DNA of 64,000 bases, taken from positions 166,254 through 230,253 of IMG/VR virus record IMGVR_UViG_3300032770_000002; one strand, 5' to 3'. Each line of letters starts with the position of its first letter. Within the stretch, counting starts at the first letter, position 1. A model generated the notes under the pieces. It did not search any database, was not told the origin of the DNA, and was given only the letters and a program-made list of their open reading frames with translations. Both the position numbers and the translations under genes were made by a program. Positions 46,171-54,868 of this stretch are shown piece by piece.

Positions 46171-47738
46171 TGGAGTCTTTGAACGGCCTGTTTCCACCAA
46201 TTCGGGAAGAAACCGGAGTAGCGTCCGTAAATCATCTCAAAGTCAGCGTCTAGGAAGTATGTCACTCCCCAGTCGTCATCAGACCTGACAATTCGCCCGG
46301 ACATCTGGACAATCGTCTTGACCGTTTCAACTTGATACCACTCAGGGTCACGCTGCATCTTTGCGTGGACCTGCCTGTCGCCAAGATTTGGAAATGGAAC
46401 TTTGACAATGACTTGCCACCTGGCTAGGTTTCCCATGAAGTCGAAGCCTTCAGTCATTGATGGGCTGATGATGACTGTCGGGTCTACAGAATTTTTGTGC
46501 AGCTCAAAGGCCGTTTCACGGTCTTCACTGCTTAGCGGCGCGATGATCCTTGCCCTGTGCCTGGTTCGGCCAAGAGCGGTCACAATCTCCTTTTGGATAG
46601 CGTAGCTGTTGGAGTGAATAAGGCCCTTCTCACCCGCGTGCTTGTCAAGAATCATCGTGATAAACTTGATGGCTTTCGGCAGCGTCTGCTCTTGGCAGGC
46701 CTTGCGCATCTGGCCGACATAGGTCAGCATGATGGGTCGCTTGTCTGGGGCGAATGAGCTCGTCAACTTGGCCCACATGACCTTCGCCGGGTCAATGCCG
46801 AGTGACCGGCAGTAGACGGCCTTCTGCCCTGGGAAAGCCGACATGTGAACCTTGACCTTGGCTGAATCGAACAAGAGCGGGGCAAATGGAGCTGCATTCA
46901 GCGGGCGGATAAGCGCTTCGAACGTGCCATCTTCCTGCTCTTGTTGCCAATAGACCCAGTCAGTCGGGTCTTTTTCATAGAGCGTGATGGCCGTCTTAAG
47001 CTTACTGACGTGCTGTGAAATGGCGATGGCCTCACGCGTAAGCTTGTCATCAGCTTGGCCGTCGGACATGATCAGCAGGTTTTCTGAGACCTCAACAAGG
47101 CGTGGCATCAGTTGAAGTTTAATCCAGCTGAGAAACTGGCCAAGGTCAGTCGTTCGAAGGATCTCAATGTCGACGTTCCACTTCTTGAGTTGCTTCGAGT
47201 TGATCGCAAACTCAACGGCGTTGATGATTTGTTTTTCGACGGAGTGGCACTCGTCTAGGACCAAGATCGGCCTTGCGCCAAGCTTGTTGACGTAGAGTCG
47301 TTCCGTCAGGAAGAATGGGTAGTTTGTCACTCCAATCCGCGAACCCATAAAATCAAGCCTGGCCTGAGAGTAGGAGCACGCGCCTTCCTTAAATCGTTCA
47401 CACTTTCGAATGCCACCGAGCGCACAATTTTTATGGCGCTGGCAAGGATACTCGACGGCGGATTTAAGCAAAAAGCACCCCAGTGTCCGGTCAGCGGCCA
47501 GTTCACTTTCAAGCTGGTCTTGGAGCAATTTTTGTGTGACGAGATAGTATCCACTCCCGTGTGAAAGGCAGGCCGTGGCTCCCAACAAACTCTTGCCTGC
47601 CCCAGTTGGCGCCTCAATGACAATGTGTTCGTAACCGCGCCCAATGGCCTCGTCCATAAAGCGCATGGCTTCGACCTGAGACTGCCGCGGAATTTTAAGC
47701 GGAAAGAAGTCGGCCATTTGACGCTTGGTATCGCTCAT
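46167..47738 (-). CDS. DinG/Rad3-family SF2 helicase
   Basis: EAPTGAGKS, DECH, HMSA, TEGFDF, KVPFP, QMSGRIVRS. Confidence 0.9.
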   Translation of the reverse strand: MSDTKRQMADFFPLKIPRQSQVEAMRFMDEAIGRGYEHIVIEAPTGAGKSLLGATACLSHGSGYYLVTQKLLQDQLESELAADRTLGCFLLKSAVEYPCQRHKNCALGGIRKCERFKEGACSYSQARLDFMGSRIGVTNYPFFLTERLYVNKLGARPILVLDECHSVEKQIINAVEFAINSKQLKKWNVDIEILRTTDLGQFLSWIKLQLMPRLVEVSENLLIMSDGQADDKLTREAIAISQHVSKLKTAITLYEKDPTDWVYWQQEQEDGTFEALIRPLNAAPFAPLLFDSAKVKVHMSAFPGQKAVYCRSLGIDPAKVMWAKLTSSFAPDKRPIMLTYVGQMRKACQEQTLPKAIKFITMILDKHAGEKGLIHSNSYAIQKEIVTALGRTRHRARIIAPLSSEDRETAFELHKNSVDPTVIISPSMTEGFDFMGNLARWQVIVKVPFPNLGDRQVHAKMQRDPEWYQVETVKTIVQMSGRIVRSDDDWGVTYFLDADFEMIYGRYSGFFPNWWKQAVQRLH

Positions 47739-47748
47739 GGAAATTTTG

Positions 47749-47777
47749 TTTACAAGTTTATGGTTCTTTGGTATGGA
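47749..47777 (+). promoter_or_regulatory. degenerate class 1 promoter
   Basis: ttttgTTTACAag present; -10 is poor (TATGGA). Confidence 0.4.
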
Positions 47778-47840
47778 TAGACTGCGGATGCCGCCACCAG
47801 GCTCTGTGTGACATGTTAGTTAAGCGTGATGGCGTAAAAC

Positions 47841-48566
47841 ATGAAGACCGTCAATCAACTTGTTGAATTTCTCTTTCATAGCTCGAAAGAACTGGCCTCG
47901 CTTGGTGATGACCAGCCGTTCTTTGAGGAGCTGAGCGCCGCTGTGCCTGTCAAGGTGTTGGACAAGCAACCGCTGGTTTCTGCCTTAAAGAAGGCTGGCA
48001 TTGAGGGCCTTGGCAACAACCTCAAGTCTGACGCGTCGGGCTTGTTCGCGGAGTTTGACAATACCGCTGATTATCAAGCATTTGTCGGCCAGCTTGTCGA
48101 TGGCGGAAAGCTTTATGACCTCGCTTCGTATGGGTGGGTCGCCACATACTGCGACGACACTTCGGCCCTGGGTGACACGCCCAAGTTTCGAGTCAATTTC
48201 CTTGACATCGGCGAGGTCGAGCCAGGTGACACCAAAGGACATGAGTCTGAAGACGCCGACATCATGGCCATGGACCGCGAGGCCGTCGCGGCCTATAAGG
48301 AAGTCAATGACCTCACAGGACGCAAGGACCAGTTGAAGAAAAAGGAAGAGACGGCGACCTACACTGAGAGTCGAAAGATTGTCGACAACCTGTCGAACGC
48401 CGCCCAAGTAGTGGACGAAATGCTGCGTCGTTCAGAGTCCAAGAAAGACAACACGGACAACACTGTTACCTGCCCAAAATGCCACACCGGGCACGTTAAA
48501 CAGAAGACCGTCAGCGGACAGAGCGAGTTTGAGTGCCAGGACTGTGGCCACACTTTTAAAAGATGA
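47841..48566 (+). CDS. hypothetical protein with C-terminal Zn ribbon
   Basis: CPKC...CQDC. Confidence 0.65.
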   Translation: MKTVNQLVEFLFHSSKELASLGDDQPFFEELSAAVPVKVLDKQPLVSALKKAGIEGLGNNLKSDASGLFAEFDNTADYQAFVGQLVDGGKLYDLASYGWVATYCDDTSALGDTPKFRVNFLDIGEVEPGDTKGHESEDADIMAMDREAVAAYKEVNDLTGRKDQLKKKEETATYTESRKIVDNLSNAAQVVDEMLRRSESKKDNTDNTVTCPKCHTGHVKQKTVSGQSEFECQDCGHTFKR

Positions 48567-49096
48567 GCGAGTTTGGCTTTGACCAAGAGTGGGCGTCGCA
48601 GGCCTTGCGTAATACTCAACGGGCCTTGGTCGAATTTTATGACGGTGAGGACCTGACGGACTGGCAGGAGCGCAAGATTCGCATTCAGCTTTACAACTTG
48701 GCCCGCTCCTACAAGGAGAAAAATGCTGACTACGCCAAGACCCTTGAGAAGTTCATTGAGATTTGGGAGAATCCCGCGAACAAGCTGGACGGCAACACGA
48801 ACATTGAGGCCGTCAACGCTTTAATTGGGGCCGCGAGTTTGGAAGCGGCGCGCGAGTGGCCGCTGCAGAATTTCTTCATGAACCTCGAGGCGTCACTTCG
48901 TCGAATCACCTCGTCTGAAAACAAGCTCCCTCGAATGCCAGTCGGCGGCAATGAACCGCCCAAGGGCATGACCGGCAAAAAACCACTTGGCGCTCAACTC
49001 CCGTCCATGTTTGGCCCAGAGAAGGAGATGCCGACCGGAGCACAACCTGAATTTCCAAAACCTGGAGAAGCTGAAAAACCAGAGCCTGCACTATGA
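48563..49096 (+). CDS. hypothetical protein
   Basis: ATGA-coupled ORF with Pro-rich tail. Confidence 0.65.
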   Translation: MSEFGFDQEWASQALRNTQRALVEFYDGEDLTDWQERKIRIQLYNLARSYKEKNADYAKTLEKFIEIWENPANKLDGNTNIEAVNALIGAASLEAAREWPLQNFFMNLEASLRRITSSENKLPRMPVGGNEPPKGMTGKKPLGAQLPSMFGPEKEMPTGAQPEFPKPGEAEKPEPAL

Positions 49097-49632
49097 GAAA
49101 GCAAATCGCGACAAAGTTACTCGAGCATCGGGTCGTCAATTTTTCATCGTTTATACCCGCTGGCTTGCTTGAGCCGGACGAGCTCGCGGAGGCGATTCGC
49201 TTGCGGTGGGTTGAGGGAACGCCCGAGACGGATGGGCGCCTTCACGTGACGCACCAGCTTGGCAAGATTGAGGAGATGGAAAATTCACGTGACGAACTTG
49301 GCCAAGGTGACACCGTCACAGTTGGTGAGGACGGCGAGAGCTACACCGGCACCGTTCACTCGATTGACAAGGACGGCGTGCGCGTCTCATTTGGCACTGG
49401 AACGGACACGGCGGGAAATGTCAAGAAGACGCCGAAGAAAGCTCAAGGCGGAGTGGCTTTATATCGGCCTGAAGAGCTTCAACGTGTAGCCCAGCCAAAG
49501 TTTGTGGCGCCTCCAGGCCAGCAGGCGACTGACCGCCAGCACCAGATGTTCGGCTACGCCAGGCAGATGATGGGCGGCGCGGCACCTACGTCCGGAAGCG
49601 GTGGACCTGGCGCTTTTGGACTGTCTCGCTGA
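49093..49632 (+). CDS. hypothetical protein
   Basis: ATGA-coupled; SH3-like GDTVTV..GTVHSI..VRVSF. Confidence 0.6.
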   Translation: MRKQIATKLLEHRVVNFSSFIPAGLLEPDELAEAIRLRWVEGTPETDGRLHVTHQLGKIEEMENSRDELGQGDTVTVGEDGESYTGTVHSIDKDGVRVSFGTGTDTAGNVKKTPKKAQGGVALYRPEELQRVAQPKFVAPPGQQATDRQHQMFGYARQMMGGAAPTSGSGGPGAFGLSR

Positions 49633-50085
49633 TCATTCCTTGGTCACGTTACCGCACTCCTTGCAGACATAGGTGGTGACGACGTTGTTCTCACCGATGG
49701 TTCGGTGTATTGCTTCCCTTTGGCCACCGCAGGAAACGCACCGTTCGACCTCCTCTTCAACTTCGAGATTCGTGCTTGGGCTGTGAATTTTGTCTAGCTC
49801 ACGCACCTTGTCGAGCTCACGTGTGTTGTCCTGTTTTTGGTCTTCAACAGTCAGGGCCTGATTTTCTGGGGTTGCCGGTCGAGTTGGCCTGGTCAGTGGA
49901 AGCAACGTTGACCAGCTTGTGCTTGGGATGGGCTGAGTGGTGTCCGACGTCGACTTTTTAAACAGGTCTTGCAGGGCCCTTAACGTCGACTTAAAAGCGA
50001 GAATCAAGACCACGGAAGAAACGATCTGGAGCGCCGCAAGAATCGCCAGGATAACGACCAGGATTGTGTTTGAATTTTGGTTCAC
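49633..50085 (-). CDS. membrane-anchored protein with C-terminal Zn ribbon
   Basis: N-terminal TM segment; CVSCG...CKECG. Confidence 0.6.
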   Translation of the reverse strand: MNQNSNTILVVILAILAALQIVSSVVLILAFKSTLRALQDLFKKSTSDTTQPIPSTSWSTLLPLTRPTRPATPENQALTVEDQKQDNTRELDKVRELDKIHSPSTNLEVEEEVERCVSCGGQREAIHRTIGENNVVTTYVCKECGNVTKE

Positions 50086-50092
50086 TTTTTTG

Positions 50093-50121
50093 TTTACAAA
50101 TTACGGTTGTTGTGGTATAGT
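50093..50121 (+). promoter_or_regulatory. class 1 promoter, leaderless
   Basis: TTTACA-N17-TATAGT, then gtggcc-ATG (50128). Confidence 0.85.
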
Positions 50122-50127
50122 GTGGCC

Positions 50128-50349
50128 ATGATGACCGACGACATTCTTGACGGAGCAGAACTTGCTATTGATGACGGAAGCGCCAGGGAAGACTTGGACA
50201 GGCTGGAAGCCGCCGTCTCAAAGACCATCGCTGAGGACCAGTATTTCTGGGCCATTGAGATGGGCTTCAACAACACCGAAGCCTGCGCCATCGCTGACGC
50301 TGCTGTGATCGATTACAACTCGAGCTTTATCTTAGCTCGAGCCAATTGA
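50128..50349 (+). CDS. small acidic early protein
   Basis: 73 aa; about 16 D/E against 4 K/R. Confidence 0.6.
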   Translation: MMTDDILDGAELAIDDGSAREDLDRLEAAVSKTIAEDQYFWAIEMGFNNTEACAIADAAVIDYNSSFILARAN

Positions 50350-51625
50350 TGGAAAACGAGCAGGCGCTCGTCCCGGTATAACTGGTGAGCAGCAAAGTGA
50401 GCGTGCCAAGTGACCGAACGGCCCCTGAGCGGTCCAAACTGATCGGGTAACTCATTGCGATGTCCTTCGACACTGATTGCTTGCCGGCAGTTCCACCCGT
50501 TGGAACAAACCCCGATTGGATGACGAGGCCGCCAGTCAAGTTTGAATACGTTGCCCCAGTTGCGGCCTCAATAAATGAATAGGTGCTGTTGACGGCCGCG
50601 TAACTCGGAGCCGGGCTGAAGTTGCAACCGATGACGAGTTCCCACAGCACTTGATTCGCTCCTGACAGGATTTCAATCGAATCAAGCACGAAGAGTCCAC
50701 GATTTGTAAGCCCATTGAACGTGGTCAGCGGACGGAGTGAGACGGCCTGCGTGCGAGTGTCCTTGGCCGCGGTGACTGAGCCGTTGGTTGAAAAGTTTCT
50801 TCCAAGCCCAAATTCGAGGCCGCCTTCACTGATGACAGTCGCGCATTTAAACTGGGCCGACGCGGGACTTCCAAGGCCACTTGCGGCAACCACTTCGGCC
50901 ATGACTGGAAGCGTGGCCGTCTGCATGTATGGGACGCTCAGGACGTTGGCGCTCACAAATTGGTGCGCATAGGTGATGACGCCGTTAAAGTCAAAGCCAA
51001 CTCGGACACGGCCCATTGAGAGGAACTGCAGGTCGATGACAAGGATGAAGTCCTTGGTCGGGTCTAACGTGATCCCGCTGTAACCGGTCCCGTCGAGCCT
51101 GTCCAAGTTCCAGTTCGCTTGGGTAACGGTGTTGTTGACGATGCTGCCACTGGTTGACGTGCGGCGGTTAAACTGGAGCCCACTGGTGCCATTCTGTTCG
51201 TAGAAGATGCCATTGGACGCGTCCCCGTAGCCAAAGCGCTTGACTGCACCAGCTACTGCGGAGTTGAGCACGCCGGTCATGAAAATCAACTGTGACTTTC
51301 CTGGCTGATAAGGAACGTATTGAAAACTTTGGGTGAATGACGTCCCGCCAGAGGAGCCAGCGTTGACTTGCAGTGTTACCATCCTAGTGCTTGATGACCA
51401 AGATGGAGCAATGGCGTCAGTTCCGCTGTTTCCTGTCTCCATCCGCAGCGTGTCGGAGTTGTATTGGGTCTGTGACTCGAAGAGTGTTATCGGGTTGCTG
51501 ACACGTAGACGGCCAAAGGCGTCCACATTGTAGCAATCATTAAGCTCGACGACCGCTACTTCCGATTCCGGCGCTGTCGTGTATGGAACGCGAGTTACCC
51601 ACGACGGTAACGCTATTTGGGCCAC
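50327..51625 (-). CDS. virion structural protein (lectin-like fold)
   Basis: VDAFGRLRVS, YQPGKSQ, DLQFLSMGRVRVGF, INWLEL motifs common in phage structural proteins. Confidence 0.65.
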   Translation of the reverse strand: MAQIALPSWVTRVPYTTAPESEVAVVELNDCYNVDAFGRLRVSNPITLFESQTQYNSDTLRMETGNSGTDAIAPSWSSSTRMVTLQVNAGSSGGTSFTQSFQYVPYQPGKSQLIFMTGVLNSAVAGAVKRFGYGDASNGIFYEQNGTSGLQFNRRTSTSGSIVNNTVTQANWNLDRLDGTGYSGITLDPTKDFILVIDLQFLSMGRVRVGFDFNGVITYAHQFVSANVLSVPYMQTATLPVMAEVVAASGLGSPASAQFKCATVISEGGLEFGLGRNFSTNGSVTAAKDTRTQAVSLRPLTTFNGLTNRGLFVLDSIEILSGANQVLWELVIGCNFSPAPSYAAVNSTYSFIEAATGATYSNLTGGLVIQSGFVPTGGTAGKQSVSKDIAMSYPISLDRSGAVRSLGTLTLLLTSYTGTSACSFSINWLELR

Positions 51626-51639
51626 GCATTTTAACTACC

Positions 51640-54600
51640 TTATTGGTCCTGTCGCTCATCTAGCAACTTGTCCCAATCGATGTCACCTGTCTTAGGAATG
51701 GTGCGCAGGTCGTAGTAGTTCTTGCCGATTTCACCGTCGCCGTCAAATGGCACGATCATCCAACTGAGGTCGACGTCGTCGCCGAACCAGAGCTGCATCA
51801 CCTCTGGCATGTTTTGAAGGACCGACATGACGATCTCATGGATAGTCGGCAACTCTGACCGCCGTCGGAAGTCGATGGCCAAGGAGTCGTGGACGGTTAG
51901 GACTAGCTTCGATTCCAGTTCGGCCTGTCGCATTAGGTCCTCAATGACGCACAGGCAAATCAGCATCATGTCTGAGGCCGTGGCTTGGATGAGGTGATTG
52001 CACCCAGCTCGCAAGGCCTTGTTGACCAGTCCTCGGTCATCGCTGAACACCTCTTCGAAGACTCGAACGCGCCCGAGGATGGAGACGGCCACGCCATATT
52101 CGAGGATGAACTGCTTGTATGCGGCAAGGTAATTTTTCAGCGTTGGATAGCTGTCGAAGAAGGCCTCAAGGAACTCTTCACAGGCCTCGAGCGTGAAGTA
52201 GACAGAGTCAGCCGCGAGCGTGCCTTGCAGGCCATTGGCTCCGCCACCATACCCCGTGAGAAAGTTGATCGTCTTTGAAATTTTACGCTGGATTTTGCAC
52301 TTCTTCGACTCTTCGGTTCGTCCCTGTTGCTGGAGCCACTCGTCAAACTCCTTCGTGCATTCCTCATAGGGTCGGTTGAAGATCTTGCTGTGTGACAGTG
52401 AGTGCAAGTCAATCCCATTCCAGTAAGCGTCGACCATGGCCGAATCGCCACACGCGGCGGCAATGAGGCGCAACTCAATCTGGCTCAGGTCATACGACAT
52501 GATGCCACCGTCTTCGCTGGCCCACCTGGAATTGTAGATGCGCTTGACGAAGGACTTTGTTGGAAGCTGCTGAAGGTTGGGGTCATGCGCGGCCAGCCTC
52601 CCAGAGCGAGTGCCCGGGATGATGAACTGTCCGTGGACACAACCATCAGCCATCAGGTGCGGGTGCTTCTCTCGGTGTTTCTTGTCAAGTCCTTCGGAGA
52701 ACGCATTGCGCATTGGCCTGATGTAGCTCGACCAAGCCTTGAAGAGGCGCCGGTAGTCGAGCATAGGCCTGATTGACTCGTGTTCAGCGGCCAGCGCGTT
52801 CAGCGTGTATTTGTCGACGGCCGCATACTTGAGCAGCTCATCTTTCGGTAACAGGCTAAAGTCAGCGTCGTCACCGTAGAGCTTTCGGCCTCCTTCAGTT
52901 AAGGCCTTGACTGGATACTCGAGGACGTCAAATAACAGTCCTTTGAGGACTTCCTTGTTTTCGAGGTCAAACTCCCACTCCGGGTCGTTGGCTACCTGCA
53001 CGTCACACCAGCTGAGAATGCGTGGGTCGCTTTCACGAATTTTGTGCTTTGCCTCAGCGATTTGGCGTGGAAGAAATGTCTCTTGGTTTTGAAGCTCAGC
53101 GAGGTCGACGTGCATTCCACGGGCCATCATCTTGATGAGCGTGCGTGAGGCCGGCGAGATGACCTTATTGTAGACCGTGTTGCGTGAAATGGGCGTAAAC
53201 CGCCTGAACCGGCCACGGTTGGTCACGTGGGCCAGTGGGATCTGGTAGACAGGCGCCTCCTCAAGCTTATTCTGGAGCGCCCGGTGGCACAGGTGGGTTG
53301 CCTCAACGTCACCCATGACGTAGCACTTAAGGTGCGTGTCCCAATACTCCGTGGGACACCGGGCGTAGTGCCCACCAAAATCTGGGTGCATCTGCTCCTT
53401 GAACAGCTCAATGAGGAGCGTAAAGTCCTCTTCGTAGCCTGCAATGTCCGGCGCGTATGTGTAGGCGAGGAGCTCAAGGCCAAGCGATCCACGTTGCTGG
53501 CGGAGCGTGTAAGCTTCATGCCACGTGTCAAACTTCATGGACGGCGCGATGACGTCAATGCTATCAGGGCCAAGGTCGGCCATCTCGAAAAGGGCGTCAA
53601 AGGTCAGGTTGTGGCCAACGACGTTGGAGACACGAAAAACTTCGAGGACGTAGGGTCGTAGCTCATCGAGGTGGCCAAGAAGCGGGCTTTCAGGGTAGTC
53701 CCACGGAAAGCCAATGGACTGCGGCTGCCCTTGGTCGTCAACCCATCGAAACATCTTGAAGACGACGCCCTGCCGAACGTCAAGAAGTTGTTTCTTGATC
53801 ATCTTCCAACCCCACGGCTTGAGGCCGCTCGTTTCGGTGTCGAACGTCACCTCAGTTCCAGGGTGCTCAATGATCCACATCAATTTCGACTTGATGTGCT
53901 CGACGTCAGTGGAGATGTCATACCAGGGCCGAAAATAGTTCGGTGGTTGGATGCCATTGACGGCCACGGTCATGGCCTTTTTGACGTGAAGCCGCCACCG
54001 GTCAATGACCTGCCTGTTTTGCGTGGCCCAGACGATTCGTGGATTTTGAATCGGAAGGAGCGTCACTCTTTCAGTTGGAATTGGCCCAAAGAGCGGGTGG
54101 CCAGTGATGGTGGAGTGTTCTGGGTCGCGTGGGTCTGGGCGTGGCAGGACATTTTCCTTGTCCGTCAGCCAATCGTCAGGCCAGCCGCGCCACGTCAACA
54201 CGCGGCCACCCCAATCTTGGGCATTTGACTTGTGGCTTAGCAGACCAAGGACAACGCTGCCAATGGGCATGATGACCTTTGGCGTGTGGTCACGCAGCTC
54301 TTGGATGACGTGATTTCTGCACCACCCTCCTTTGGTGCCGAAGTCGGGCCGCTTTCCTATTCGCGCGGAACACCGGGTGATCGGGACCCACCGAATCCGA
54401 CTGAGGTCAAACTTTGTCTCGATGGCCAATTCGGCCATGACCTTGTGGACAAACCCTGACACGCCGTCTTTTCCAAGGTCGCCAGAGTCATCTTCACGGG
54501 CGGACACGCTTTCGTAGATGACGGTGATAAGCGGCTCTTCACTTCCGGCGTAATTGATAAATGGGTTTTTAGCGCCGCTGGTGTGCAGTCCACACTTTGC

Positions 54601-54846
54601 GCAGATGGGTGAGTCCGGCCCTGGAATGAGCAGCGAGCCATTAAGCGGGTTAACTGGGTCAAAGCTTGTAACCTGGTTGCGTTCATCCCCTTGAACTCCG
54701 TGGACCCACTTCAATGTGTCGCGAAAAACTTTGTTGACTGACTTGAGGTCGAGCGGCCGACCATCGTAGTCCTGAAATATGTGGCGCGGCTTCTTCTGAC
54801 GTCGTGGCTGTGGGACGTTAATCAGATCAAGCTGCTTGTTGGACAT
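51640..54846 (-). CDS. polA: family A DNA polymerase with N-terminal UDG-like domain and 3'-5' exonuclease
   Basis: CAKCGL..RC..WC UDG4-like N-terminus; FDTETSG, GHNLTFD, YVMGD exonuclease; TRSGRL..PNLQQLP, DLSQIELR, RKISKTINFLTGYG, IQATASD, VHDS. Confidence 0.93.
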   Translation of the reverse strand: MSNKQLDLINVPQPRRQKKPRHIFQDYDGRPLDLKSVNKVFRDTLKWVHGVQGDERNQVTSFDPVNPLNGSLLIPGPDSPICAKCGLHTSGAKNPFINYAGSEEPLITVIYESVSAREDDSGDLGKDGVSGFVHKVMAELAIETKFDLSRIRWVPITRCSARIGKRPDFGTKGGWCRNHVIQELRDHTPKVIMPIGSVVLGLLSHKSNAQDWGGRVLTWRGWPDDWLTDKENVLPRPDPRDPEHSTITGHPLFGPIPTERVTLLPIQNPRIVWATQNRQVIDRWRLHVKKAMTVAVNGIQPPNYFRPWYDISTDVEHIKSKLMWIIEHPGTEVTFDTETSGLKPWGWKMIKKQLLDVRQGVVFKMFRWVDDQGQPQSIGFPWDYPESPLLGHLDELRPYVLEVFRVSNVVGHNLTFDALFEMADLGPDSIDVIAPSMKFDTWHEAYTLRQQRGSLGLELLAYTYAPDIAGYEEDFTLLIELFKEQMHPDFGGHYARCPTEYWDTHLKCYVMGDVEATHLCHRALQNKLEEAPVYQIPLAHVTNRGRFRRFTPISRNTVYNKVISPASRTLIKMMARGMHVDLAELQNQETFLPRQIAEAKHKIRESDPRILSWCDVQVANDPEWEFDLENKEVLKGLLFDVLEYPVKALTEGGRKLYGDDADFSLLPKDELLKYAAVDKYTLNALAAEHESIRPMLDYRRLFKAWSSYIRPMRNAFSEGLDKKHREKHPHLMADGCVHGQFIIPGTRSGRLAAHDPNLQQLPTKSFVKRIYNSRWASEDGGIMSYDLSQIELRLIAAACGDSAMVDAYWNGIDLHSLSHSKIFNRPYEECTKEFDEWLQQQGRTEESKKCKIQRKISKTINFLTGYGGGANGLQGTLAADSVYFTLEACEEFLEAFFDSYPTLKNYLAAYKQFILEYGVAVSILGRVRVFEEVFSDDRGLVNKALRAGCNHLIQATASDMMLICLCVIEDLMRQAELESKLVLTVHDSLAIDFRRRSELPTIHEIVMSVLQNMPEVMQLWFGDDVDLSWMIVPFDGDGEIGKNYYDLRTIPKTGDIDWDKLLDERQDQ

Positions 54847-54868
54847 ATAATTCTAAGCACTGCTCTAG

